DNA of 61,149 bases, the filler included, from Candidatus Woesearchaeota archaeon (GTDB lineage Archaea; Nanobdellota; Nanobdellia; Woesearchaeales; JACPBO01), in assembly GCA_016180285.1 (NCBI GenBank). It is 3 parts of 3 records of this genome, joined end to end, with 100 filler letters (N's around TTAATTAATTAA, not from the genome) between each part and the next. Parts side by side here need not be neighbours in the genome. Positions count along the whole stretch, not along the records: positions 25,000 to 45,484 come from JACPBO010000038.1; positions 45,585 to 61,149 come from JACPBO010000041.1; 1 more part is not named here. The stretch is one strand, 5' to 3'. Of this stretch, positions 42,561 through 54,900 are shown in pieces. Each line of letters starts with the position of its first letter. Positions within the stretch are counted from its first letter, which is position 1. The translations under genes and the position numbers were made by a program. Under the pieces are notes generated by a model. The model had not been told where the DNA came from. It saw only the letters and a program-made list of their open reading frames with translations, and did no database searches.

Positions 42561-43802
42561 TTAATATGTTAATATGAACTCTTTGAAAAATTCTTCTTTG
42601 ACATTAAATATTCTTTCTTTATAGTCAATAATCTCATTTAAAGCCACAGGAACAAATAACATCTTGCCATTCCTGGTAATCAATTTAGTATTAAATCTAT
42701 CATGGAATTGACGAAAAAAATCATATACCCTGGACAGATTTTTTTTAAAATAAATTAAAAGTTTTGTTGCATCTTCTGCTCCTAAAATTAGGGTTGCACT
42801 TAGTCTATCCTGCCTACCTTTTATAAACCCCTCATGCAAACCATAATAGATAAATATTGTAGGTTTTTCATCATTGCATTTTGTTAATACTGCTTTTGTA
42901 GGGGCATTATAGATTTGATAAGAAACCACCTCATTGCAGCCCAATTCTGCATCGTATTTTACAAAACCAGGGTACGCTGTACTTCTCAATTTCCCACCTA
43001 TAATACTTGTTGGCAATTCGCAAATTCTCTCAATAAAGTCCTGTGTTTTCTCAGGGATATTTTTCTGATATATCGTTCTATAACCCCCCTCGCTACCAAA
43101 TAGATTAAACCCGCATTTTTCTTTAACCTTTTCAAGAAAATCTTTTATTGTGTTTGGGTCATCAAAGTTTGTTTCTACTAGAATTCTGGTTGTTCTTACA
43201 TGGTGTGATATTGTAGCATATTTTCTTTCACAAAGCTCATTCCATTTTTGTATTTTTTCATTTTCCTTTTTCATTTCATATAATATTTGCTGATTTTTAT
43301 TTATCAAATCCCAGATTTTTTCTTGCTGGAATAACTTCAGCTGCTTTTCAAAAGTTATTTTCAAATTTTTATAGAAGGACCTTATAGGTTCAAATAACCC
43401 AATTAGTTCTTTTTCAAGATTTTTTTCAGTTTTTATAAGTTCAAAAAAATACTGTTTTGTTTTTTCATCAAATTCCCAATAGCTTGTCCTTGCTGCTCCT
43501 TTTTCCATCAAGTAAATAACCAATCTTTCATCTTCTGCTAATTTAGCGTCTTCTTCTATGTAAGCTAATTGTTTTCTGATACAGCTCGGTATTGTATCCT
43601 TAACAAATCTTTCTGCTTCTTCCCATCTCTTACGCCACAGAACCTCTATTCTAGTTAAAATCTCAATCTTTTTCTGCTCAAGTTCCTTTATCTGTGCAAA
43701 TCCTTTGATTTCTCGTTCTACATCTATTTCCAATTTTTTAATTTCATTTTCCAATTCTTTTCTATCTTTTATTTCTTTAAAGAATTTCATTTTTTCTGCC
43801 AT
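42561..43802 (-). CDS. Hypothetical protein with coiled-coil N-terminus
   Basis: 413-aa ORF in tight gene run. Confidence 0.75.
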   Translation of the reverse strand: MAEKMKFFKEIKDRKELENEIKKLEIDVEREIKGFAQIKELEQKKIEILTRIEVLWRKRWEEAERFVKDTIPSCIRKQLAYIEEDAKLAEDERLVIYLMEKGAARTSYWEFDEKTKQYFFELIKTEKNLEKELIGLFEPIRSFYKNLKITFEKQLKLFQQEKIWDLINKNQQILYEMKKENEKIQKWNELCERKYATISHHVRTTRILVETNFDDPNTIKDFLEKVKEKCGFNLFGSEGGYRTIYQKNIPEKTQDFIERICELPTSIIGGKLRSTAYPGFVKYDAELGCNEVVSYQIYNAPTKAVLTKCNDEKPTIFIYYGLHEGFIKGRQDRLSATLILGAEDATKLLIYFKKNLSRVYDFFRQFHDRFNTKLITRNGKMLFVPVALNEIIDYKERIFNVKEEFFKEFILTY

Positions 43803-44107
43803 CTCAATGATTCTTTTTTTATCTCTTTCAGGTTATTTAAAAAGTGCTCCATACAGTCAATGCCGCAGAAAGATGCCTTTTTCTTGAAGTCATCCGGCCC
43901 GAAAATCAAAGTATAGTTGCTTGTTGAGTATGGATCAAGCTCATTTGCGCAAACCTTGCATATTGTCTGATGCAGCTTTTCCCTTTCTTTTATTTTGTTT
44001 TCAACGAATTTCCTCAGATGAAAGCCGCCTTCTTCAAGGTCTTTTTTTATTTTTTTTAACTCATCTTCATCAAGGTAATCTACCACGTCCCTTAATCTCT
44101 TGTCCAT
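43787..44107 (-). CDS. Small protein with TRASH-like metal-binding motif
   Basis: CKVC...FCGIDC. Confidence 0.75.
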   Translation of the reverse strand: MDKRLRDVVDYLDEDELKKIKKDLEEGGFHLRKFVENKIKEREKLHQTICKVCANELDPYSTSNYTLIFGPDDFKKKASFCGIDCMEHFLNNLKEIKKESLRWQKK

Positions 44108-44226
44108 TATTTCACCTCTTTTGAGAACAGTTTTATCTTGATATAGGAAGAAACAGAGATCCCGAGCTTTTTAGCTTCCTCTTCGATTGCAGACTTTTCA
44201 TGGTCATTTAGGTAAACATGGACCAT
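44107..44226 (-). CDS. Ribbon-helix-helix-like protein (39 aa)
   Basis: Manual translation MVHVYLNDHEKSAIEEEAKKLGISVSSYIKIKLFSKEVK; TAATG coupling to next gene. Confidence 0.65.
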   Translation of the reverse strand: MVHVYLNDHEKSAIEEEAKKLGISVSSYIKIKLFSKEVK

Positions 44227-44451
44227 GTTGTTTCTGATGCTTTTGTTTTTCGTTTTGCCCTTTTTATTCGATTAGTTAGTATTATTATAGTATTATTTAG
44301 GTATTTATATGATATTTTAATAGTATTAGTATTTAAAGATTGCGTTTTTATGTTTATTATTTATGAGTGGTAAAAATAGAAAGATTTATATACTGGGTGT
44401 TACTGCCCTGTTGTAAGCATATCCTATTTATGTATGCAGGATACAGTACAA

Positions 44452-44595
44452 ATGGAAACAAACAAATTTACAATAACCAAGAAAATAGCCAAACACGGGA
44501 AACAAGCTATCATAGTCATACCTAAAATATTGCAGGATGACCTTAAGCCCGAGACTATTGTTAAATTAAATATAGAGATTCTTAATAGGAGGTAA
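44452..44595 (+). CDS. Small AbrB-like protein (47 aa)
   Basis: METNKFTITKKIAKHGKQAIIVIPKILQDDLKPETIVKLNIEILNRR; alternative start 44434. Confidence 0.65.
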   Translation: METNKFTITKKIAKHGKQAIIVIPKILQDDLKPETIVKLNIEILNRR

Positions 44596-44598
44596 AAA

Positions 44599-45484
44599 AT
44601 GCCATTATTTGATACATCAAATATACCCGGGGCACAACAGCCAATTGCCCCTGAGAGCCTGGATAACATAATAACAAACGTATACATACCAGAAACCCTT
44701 AGGCAAGATCTTGAGCTTGTTAAGACAACAATAAATATGAGCCAAAAAGATGCGAATAGAATTTATGGTACATTGTTTAAAGGCCCTCCAGGAACTGGCA
44801 AAACCGTATTAGCAAAACTTGTAACAAAAGAATCAGGAGCATTGTTTTATAATGCTTCAAAAGTTAATTCTGAGCACCTAAAAAGAATTTTTAGTGAAGC
44901 AAGAAAGAAAGCCAAAGAAGGCAACAAAGTTGTCATTTTCATAGATGAGATAGATGGTTTGGGCATGGAAAGGAGTGCAGCTTTAATGAATGTTGGGGAA
45001 AGCAAAGAATCTTTGCACGTATTATTGACCGAACTTAGCGAAAAAGAAAAAAATAAAGGCATAACAGTCATAGCAGCAACTAATAAACCAGAAATTCTGG
45101 ACCCTGCTTTAATGCGTCCTGAACGTTTAGGTTTCAACATCGATTTTCCTGTCCCCAACTATAAGGACAGAGTTGAGATCATGAAGGTTGTTTCTAAATT
45201 ACCGCAGGATGTTGTTAAATCAATAGCTAATAAAACTCAGGGATATACGCCAGCAGATCTGGTTCATGTTATCAGTTTAGCAAATACATTTAGAGAACAC
45301 AATAAAAGATCTAAGATAGATGAAGAAGATATACAATTTGCGCTTAGAAAAAGCAGCCCGTCAGGATTGGCAGGATTATTATCTTACGAACCAAAAATAA
45401 CACTTGAAGATGTCATTGGAAAGGATGTGATGAAAAAAGTAATAACATCTGTGCTTAAAACATCACCGGCAGCCGACTATTTTG
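44599..45484 (+). CDS. AAA+ ATPase (Cdc48-like tandem module), truncated
   Basis: GPPGTGKT, IFIDEID, AATNKPEILDPALMRPER, GYTPADL, start of second module ITLEDVIG. Confidence 0.9.
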
Positions 45485-45584
45485 NNNNNNNNNNNNNNNN
45501 NNNNNNNNNNNNNNNNNNNNNNNNNNNNTTAATTAATTAANNNNNNNNNNNNNNNNNNNNNNNNNNNNNNNNNNNNNNNNNNNN
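45485..45584. other. Artificial contig linker
   Basis: 100 nt of N with central TTAATTAATTAA. Confidence 0.95.
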
Positions 45585-45910
45585 AATAATCCAATCACTC
45601 CCATCTGTATAGTTGCCATTGCAGTATATTTTCGGGAAAATGCTAAATGTAAAATTAGAACTTGCATATGCTGAATTTGAGGAGCTGTCAAATGCAAGGC
45701 AGTTCCAGATATAAGTCCCATTTGTCAAATTCTTCGTAAATGTTGCGCTGTTGCTTGTTCCTGCCATATATTTTGTTTCATTAGCATGCTATCCTGACTA
45801 GTTTCCATAAAGTGTTATTTTTTTCAAGTTAACATTATCTGTTGCTGAGCAGTTGAATGTTATTGTGTTTGTTGATGTTTCATTGTAATAATTAATTGGC
45901 GAGTTAAGCG
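45585..45910. repeat. Near-identical copy of ~48915-49240 within the giant gene
   Basis: Same Ig-like module (VTLNSPINYYNETST...WNCLAFD...CNGNYTDG) at an offset of 3330 nt. Confidence 0.85.
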
Positions 45911-48900
45911 TGACCACGGGCAAAGTTGTATCGCTGACAGTAAAGTTCCTGCCTCCGCTTGAATTTCCAAAGAACCAATCTGCAGACGAATTCAATGTCA
46001 CATTCCACTGGCCGGCTAATGCAGTTGACGGCAGAACATAAGAGCCATTCCAAATTGATGCATTTGTTATATTTGCTGTAGAATTGACCTGGTCTGTTTC
46101 ATTAAATACTATCTGGAATGTAACTGTTGTACTGCTATCTCCACTGTAATGATATACGCCATCAAATTCAACTATGAATGCTCTGGTTGGGGCAGACCCT
46201 GCTGTTTTGTAATATATTTTACCGCCTATAGCAGGGTTTAAGTCTTCCCAATAACCAGCGACATAGTTATTTGGCAATGCGGGGTTAGGGATATCAACAC
46301 CATCGCAACAACCAGCACTTGACTCATTAGTATTGAAGTATATATATCCATTGGATGATATGCGTAATTTATCGTATCTGGTTCCATTCAAGAAGCTTAT
46401 GTTAAAAGGCATGTTTATTGTAGAGCTAACAGAATCATCTGATAAAGTTACAGCTGTTCCTGTGGCATTTATCTCTATCCATGAATAAGTTATAGTTTCA
46501 TTTATCCAGTCGCTGTTTACTGAGTTTCTGAACCCGATTCCAGTTGCTGCAGCGCTCCAACTGCCAAGCTTATACTTTACCCCATAACTGCCATCTGAAT
46601 TTTCTATACCTCCTAAATGTGTTCCCCCGTCTGTTGTGACATTATTATACATTACTCTCACAGGATAACCTGTTGCAGACGAAGTTCCCCCTACTGCTGC
46701 CACTGATGCAGTTAACTGCACCCTTATTGTTGTGCCATTGGGCTGCATCAAATAAGCGCTGACATTTGCCAAATAAGTCGAGTTTAACTGAGTAGCATTT
46801 TCAACACCTGATGAATTAAGCAATGCTTCTATTATCACTTCTTCTCCAGGTGAATAAGTTGCATTTGGCGTTGTTGCATTGTTTCTGAATGTTGTATTAA
46901 GCCCGCCATAAATCAATAAAGTTCTTGTTTCTGAGCCATTGTAACTTCCGCTTGCAGCCCACCAAGTATAGTTTCCTGCATAAATGGATGAGTTAGGATT
47001 GAATATTAATGTTGCATATCCGCTTGAATTTGTTAAATTGCTTCCCAAGACAACCATAGTTTGTCCGCTTATGCTTGGATTTGTCAGATTAGCGTAGAAT
47101 GTTATGTTTACATTAGCAGTGCTGCTAGTTATATTTGCTATTAAAATGTCAGAATCTGCTACAGAAGCATTTACAGCATCCCTATCAAGCTTTGTTTCGT
47201 TTGCTGGAGAGATTAAAAAGAGCGTTCCAATCTGGACAGGTATTCTTACATCCGCCTGCTGGCTGCTTGCAATGTATTTTATTGTTGAGTTTTCCCTTGT
47301 TGTGTAATTTGCTGTGAAGTTTGAAGTGTAATTTATGATGTTTGTTGCATTCTGGAAATATTCAGTTACTGCCCATTTTCCCGTGAACCCGCTGTCTGCT
47401 GTTACGTCAGCCCATCTCTGCGACCAAGAGCCTGAACTGTTTTCATAGGCAAATACAGTTGCTCCTGATACGGCATTTGAATCAGAGCCTGTTACGTTGA
47501 CATCAACGTAATATTGATTGGTGAAATTAGAGTAATCGCCTGCTGCATTGGTTATGTTGACTGCTGATTTGTTGAAAGTGTTGTTCAAGCTTGTAATCCA
47601 AGAGTTGTTTGTGATGTAGAAGTCCCAAAGTGCGCTTAACACGAAGGTTGCATTTGCTATTGTTACATTTACTGACTGAGAGGCATTTATTCCAGTTCTG
47701 CTGTATTCCAAAGAGCCAGAGATGATTGTAATGTTTGATGCATTATTTAATTGTATTGAACTGTTGCTTGAATAAGAAATATTATTGTTATAAATGAACT
47801 GAAATGCTGTTTTCGTGTTGTTCAGGAATATTCCGCTTCCAGTTGAATTCAGAATAATGTTGTTTGTGATGTTGTTCCTTTCATTTGTTGAGCCTTCAAT
47901 CCTTATTCCATCCCTGCCTGATTTTGAGATGTTGTTTAAGTTGAATATGTTATTGTCAGAATTAGAAAAGACATAAACGCCATCTGCATTTGTTCCTGTT
48001 GCATTAATTATGTTAGAGGTTGCATTGTTGTTTGAGCTTGTAAGAAGATAAATGCCATGACTATTAGTTCCGTTTGTTGTTATTGTATTGCTTTGCAACG
48101 TGTTTGAGCTTGAGCTTGAAGAAAAATAAATGCCCCAACTAGAGCCTCCGTTTGTTGTTATTGTATTGCTTTGTAATTTGTTTGAGTTTGAGATTATATC
48201 GAGCCAAATGCCATAACTAGAGCCTCCGTTTGTTGTTATTGTGTTGTTTGTTATGTTTGAGTTTGAGCTTATATCAAGATAAATACCATAACCATCACTT
48301 CCAGCTGTTGTAATTGTATTGCCTTGTAGAGTATTTGAGTTTGAGCTTGAAGAAAGAAAAATGCCATAACCAGAGCTTCCATTTGTTGTAATTGTATTGC
48401 TTTGCAAAGTGTTTGAATTAGAACTTGAGAGAAGATAAATGCCAATACCAGTGCCTCCGCTTGTTGTTACGGTATTGTTTGTTATATTATTATTAGTTGA
48501 ATATCGCAGATACAAGCTGTAATAAGCACCACTGCTTACATTATTCCCTGAAATAACAACATTGCTTACATTGTAAAGCCGTATTCCCAGCGAGCCGCCA
48601 GAATATCCAGCCTCCCTCACAATGGAGTTCTGGAGCGTGAAGTTGTCGTTTCCGCCGTTGCCGTAAACCCAGAAATCAAACTCAAAGTCTGAATTTGTTG
48701 TATTAATCTCTGTTGCATCTTCCTGCGTTGAGGCATTGCTGTCTAGATCATAAATAAACAATCCGCCATTCGGCGATTTATTTATGAAGTTTGAGCCGTC
48801 TGCGAAGCTTTCAAAAATCAAAGTAGCATTGTAAAGGTATAAAGAAGCATTATTCAATATTGTTATATTTCCAGTTACATAAATAGTCTCATTCGCGCAA

Positions 48901-51900
48901 GTTACATTCTTATTAACAATCCAATCAGTTCCATCTGTATAGTTGCCATTGCAGTATGTTTTTGGGAAAACGCTTAATGTAAAGTTTGCGCTGGCAAATG
49001 CTGAATTTGAATAGTTGTCAAATGCAAGGCAGTTCCAAGTATAAGTTCCATTTGTCAAATTCTTTGTAAATGTTGCGCTGTTGCTTGTTCCTGCCACATA
49101 TTTTGTTTCATTAGCATGCCATCCTGACCAGTTTCCATAAAGCGTTATGTTTGTCAAGTTAACATTATCTGTTGCTGAGCAGTTGAATGTTATTGTACTT
49201 GTTGATGTTTCATTGTAATAATTAATTGGCGAGTTAAGGGTTACTATTGGCGCAACATAGTCGCCAGCAACAGTGAAGTTCCTGTCTCCGCTTGAATTTC
49301 CAAAGAACCAGTTTGCAGATGAGTTTAAAGTTACGTTCCATTGCCCGGATAATGCGGTTGAAGGCAGAACATAAGAGCCGTTCCAATAGTTTTTGGCATT
49401 AACAGTTATGTTTATATCATCTGTATCAGAACCAACTGCATCTGCATCAGAGCCGCAAGTCATATTTGTGGCTCCAGTATAAGCTATAATTCCTCTTATA
49501 TTATGTGTTCCAGAAACATCATCTAGAGTAAAAGTTGCTGTATGATTATTTTCAAGCGTGCATGCTCCATTATTTGTTGCGCCATTATACTTGTTCACCC
49601 ATCCGCTGCCATTATTATATGCAATAGCCACTTCATGGTTGCCAGGGCCAAAACAATTATAGACACTTATATTAACTTGAACAGTATCACCAGTTGAAAA
49701 TTCATTATCTGTTAAATCTACTGCAGTTATGTTGTTTACATATACTACGGTGCATGAACTGCCATCATAACAACTATCAATTGTTCCGTTTCCTGCTTCC
49801 CTGCAACTCTTGCAATTATTTCCGCAACTAAATGGAGAGGTGGTATTGCCAACAGCTGCGGCAGGATCAATCATCTGCACCCTTATTGCTGTGCCATTGG
49901 GCTGCATCAAATAAGCGCTGACATTTGCCAAATAGCTTGAATTTATCTGAGCAGCAGTTTCTGGCCCGCCCAATGAATTAAGCAATGCTTCTATTATTAC
50001 CTCCTCTCCGGGAGAGTAAGTTGCATTTGGCGTTGATGTGCTGTTTCTGAATGTTGCATTAAGCCCGCCATAAATCAATAAAGTTCTTGTTTCTGAGCCA
50101 TTGTAACTTCCAATACTTCCAGCTATCGACCACCATGTATAGTTTCCTGCATATAAAGATGAGCCGGGATTGAATATTAATGTTGCATATCCGCTTGAGT
50201 TAGTTAAGTTGCTTCCCAAGACAACCATAGTTTGTCCGCTTATGTTTGGGTTTGTCAGATTGGCATAGAATGTTATATTAACATTAGCGCCGCTGTCGCT
50301 AAGAACTGCTGTTAAAATATCAAAGTCAGCTACAGAAGTGTTTGCAGCATCCCTGTCAAGCTTTGTTTCGTTTGCAGGGGATGTTAATCTGAGACTTCCA
50401 TTCTGGACAGGTATTCTTACATCCACCTGCTGGCTGCTTGCAATGTATTTTATTGTTGAATTTTCCCTTGTGCTTACATTTGCAGTAAAGTTTGAAGTGT
50501 AATTTACAAATGAAGTTGCATTCTGCACATATTCTATTACAGCCCATTTTCCCGTGAACCCGCTGTCTGCTGTTACGTCAGCCCATCTCTGCGACCAAGA
50601 GCCTGAACTGTTTTCATAGGCAAATACAGTTGCCCCAGCTATTGCATTCGAATCTGAACCGGTTACATTCACATCAACATACCACTGGACTGTGAAGTTG
50701 CTCGCATCTATTAATAAAACACTCACCCTAACATAATCTGTTGAAATATTCGAGCTTGCATTGCTTTGCGCTATTGCAAGCAGATGCAGCATATTGTAGG
50801 CGTCTATGTATGCAGTGGCATTTGCATATCCTTTAGTTAAGTTTTCATCAGAAGAGCCGTCTCCTGTTGTATTTGCAGCAGTTTCCCATTGAGTTGAATT
50901 CCAAATGTAAAGGCTTGCATTAAGGCTGCGAGTTGCATTGCTTGCTTTGCCTTCCCATAAAACAGTTAAGTTTTCTATCCTGGTTTTATCCAAAGAGCGG
51001 TTTATCCTGAAGCTGAATTTATGATAGCTGTACCGTGTTGTTGAATAATTAAATATGCTGTCATCAGAATTGACTATGCCTGAATATTGCGCGCTTGCAA
51101 ATTCTGTTCCGTTTACTAAATTAACTGGAGGAAGCATTGTAGAGCTGCCATAGGTTGCGTTATGGCTTCTTGTCGGCTTTGAAATTCCAGAGAAAGTCAA
51201 ATCAGCAGTATACGTTCTTGTAACATTAACTGAGCTGTGGTTAAAGCTGTTGTTTAGGCTTGTAATCCAGGCATTGTCTGTTGCATAGAAATCCCACAAT
51301 GCGCTTCCTATGAATGTTGCATTTGCAATTGTTACATTGATTGACTTGGTTGCATTGATGCCGATAGTATTGTTCTCTATAATGCCGCCAATAATTGTTA
51401 TGTTTGAAGCGTTAATTAATTTTACAGCGGCATAGTTGATGCCAGAATAAGTTATATTGTTGTTGAATAATAACTGAGATGCTGTTTTTGTATTGTTTAA
51501 GAAAATTCCATTGCCTGTTGCATTTAAAATAATGTTGTTTGTTATGTTGTTCCTTTCTGGAAGGCTTGTTCCTGAGTTTTCTATTCTTATTCCGTCTCTG
51601 CCTGATTTTGAGATGTTGTTTAAGTTGAAGATGTTGTTGTCTGAATTCGAGAATATGTAAATTCCATCTGCATTCGCTCCTGTTGCATTTATCATGTTGC
51701 CTGTTGCATTGTTGTTTGAGCTTACTGAAAAATAAATACCGGTAGCATTATTTACCGTTATTATATTGCCTTGCAATATTGAATATGAATTCGAAGAAAG
51801 AAGAATGCCATAACCCAAGCTTCCGTTTGTTGTTATTGTATTGCCTTGTATTGTGTTTAGGTTCGCATTTACCAAAAGATAAATGCCATAACCGGAGCTT

Positions 51901-54900
51901 CCATTTGTTGTAATTATATTGCCTGTTACATTATTGTTGGAATTCGAACCAGTTATGCCATCAAGGTTAATACCGTATCCGCTTCCTTTAATTGTTGTTA
52001 TTGTATTGCTTTGTATGGTGTTTGAGCTTGAGCTTGTATAAAGATAAATGCCAAAGCCAGAGCTTCCATTTGTTGTTATTGTATTGCTTGATATATTATT
52101 ATTCGAGCTTGAACGAAGATAAATGCCATAACCATTAGTATTGCTTGTTGTTATTGTATTGCTTGTTACATTGTTATTTGATGAAAATCGCAGCCATAAT
52201 CCGTATAGAGCGCCATCGCTTATGTTATTTCCAATAACCTTCACATTGCTTATATTATAAAGGTAAATTCCCTGGCTTACAGAGCTATATCCGGCATCTT
52301 TCAAAATAGAGTTCTGCATTGTAAAGTTATCGCTTCCACCATTCCCATAAACCCAGAAATCAAACTCATAATCTGAATTAGTCGTGTTAATCTCTGTTGC
52401 ATCTTCCTGTGTTGAGGCATTATTGTCTAAATCATAGATGAATAGGCCGCCATTCGGAGATTTGTTGATGAAATTATAGCCGTCTGAGGAAGCCTGAAAG
52501 ATTAAAGTAACGTTGCGCAATGTCAGGCTGCCATTGCTGAAGATTGTTATGTTTCCGTATACAGGAATTGTTTCATTTGCGCACGTTACATTGCTTGTTA
52601 TGTTCCAGCTTACCTGCAATTCAGTATAGTTGCCATTGCAAAGCGCCCTTGGATTTTTCAGCACAATATCAACCTGAGTTCCTGTTATGTTCTTGACGCT
52701 TACGTTGTACGTTGAGGAATTAGCTACATAGCTTGTCAAAGATGCAGCTGCAGTGTGCAGGTTATAATCCACTATCGTAGTTCCATTCTGCACGTAATCA
52801 ATAACAGCAAACCATCCTGTTAAGCCATTGGTTGTTGTATCTGTCCATTCTGATGCTGAATAAACATCTGTGGAAGTCACAGAGGAAGAATTCATATGAA
52901 TTCCGCTTGAATTAGTCACATTTGCCCTCGCATACCATTGAACTGTGAAATTAGAATAATCTCCTGAGTTTGTCACATTAACAGCAGTTTTGTTGAAGCT
53001 GTTATTCAAGCTTGTAATCCAAGAGTTGTTCGTAATATAGAAGTCCCACAATGTGTTTAAGACAAATGTCGCATTTGTTATTGTTACATTTACTGACTGA
53101 GAGGCATTTATTCCTGTTCTGCTGTATTCCAAAGAGCCAGCAATAATTGTAATGTTTGAGGCATTGTTCAACTGTATTGAATTATTGCTTGAATAAGAGA
53201 TATTATTGCTGTAAATGAACTGAGAAGCAGTTAAAGTGTTATTCAGGAATATTCCATTTCCAGTTGAATTTAAGATAATGTTGTTCGTGATGTTGTTTCT
53301 TTCTGGAAGGCTTGTTCCAGAGTTTTCAATCCTTATGCCGTCTCTTCCAGATTTTGAGATGTTGTTGAAGTTAATTGTGTTGCTCCTTGAGGTGCTGAAA
53401 ATATAAATTCCATCTGCGTTAGTTCCTGTTGCGTTTATTGTATTGCTGGTTGCATTGTTGTTAGAGCTTGAATCAATACGAATGCCATAACCAGAGCCTC
53501 CACTTGTCGTTATTGTGTTGCTTGTTGATGTTAAGTTAATGCTTCTTTGAACAAAAATTCCATAACCAGAAGTTCCGTTTGTTGTTATTATATTACTCGT
53601 CAATACGCCGGAATTAATGTCATTAACTACTATGCTATAAAGCCAAATTCCATATCCAGAGTTTCCTTTTGTATTTACATTATTGTTTGATATATTTGGA
53701 TTATTACTTGATTCAATATAAATGCCATAACCATTGCTTCCGTTTGTTGTTATTATATTGCTTGATAAAGTGTTTGAGTTTGAACTTGAAGCAAGATAAA
53801 TGCCATAACCACTGCTTCCGCTTGTCGTTATTGTATTGCTTGATATGTTGTTGTTTGTTGAATACTGCAAATATAATCCATATTGAGCGCCCTCGCTTAT
53901 ATTGTTTCCTAAAACAACAGCATTGCTTATGTTGTAGAGTTGTATTCCTTGACTATTAGTTGAATATCCAGCATCTGTAATTTTGCTGTTTCGCATTGTA
54001 AAGTTGTCGTTTCCGCCATTCCCAAATGCCCAGAAATCATATTCATAATTGGAATCGTTGCTCATTAGCCAGCTTCCATCTTCCTGCGTTGAAGCATTGC
54101 TGTCGAGGTCGTAGATGTAAAGGCCGCCATTAGGTGATTTGTTAATGAAGTTTGAGCCGTCTGCAAATGCAGAGAAGTTGATTGTAACGTTGTAGAGCGT
54201 TAAAGAGCCGTTGTTGTATACTGTTATATTTCCTGCAACGTAGATTGTTTCATTTGTACAGGTTATGTTGCTTGTTATGTTCCATGTTGCTTGTCCTTCA
54301 ATATAGCTGTTATTGCAGAATTTTCTTTGATTCTTCAACACAATATCAACCTGAGTTCCTGTAATGTTCTTAACGCTTATATTATAAGTTGATGAATTAG
54401 CCAGATATCCAGTCAACGATGCAGTTCCTGTATGCAGATTAGAGCTGTTTATTGAGCTGGCATTCTGCACATAATCAATCACAGCAAACCAGCCTGTTAA
54501 TCCATTAGTTGTTGTGTCTGTCCATTCTGATGCCCCAAACACATCAGTTGAAGTCACAGAGGAAGAATTCATATGAATTCCACTTGAATTGGTTACATTT
54601 GCCCTCGCATACCACATGACTGTAAAGTTGCTGAAATCACCTGCAGAGCCTGTTATGTTCACAGCAGTTGAATTGAAGCTGTTGTTCAGGCTAATGAGCC
54701 AAGAGTTGTTCATAATGTAGAAATCCCACAATGTGCTTAATACAAAAGTGGCATTTGCGATTGTTACATTTAATGATTGAGAGGCATTTATCCCCACTCT
54801 GCTGTATTCCAAAGAGCCAGCAATAATTGTAATGTTTGAGGCATTGTTCAACTGTATTGAATTATTGCTTGAATAAGAGATGTTGTTGTTGTAAATGAAC

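Noticed and set aside
45789..45800. TAG reassignment to Trp
   Set aside because: TAG terminates several conserved genes at expected positions; the site is close to a contig end.
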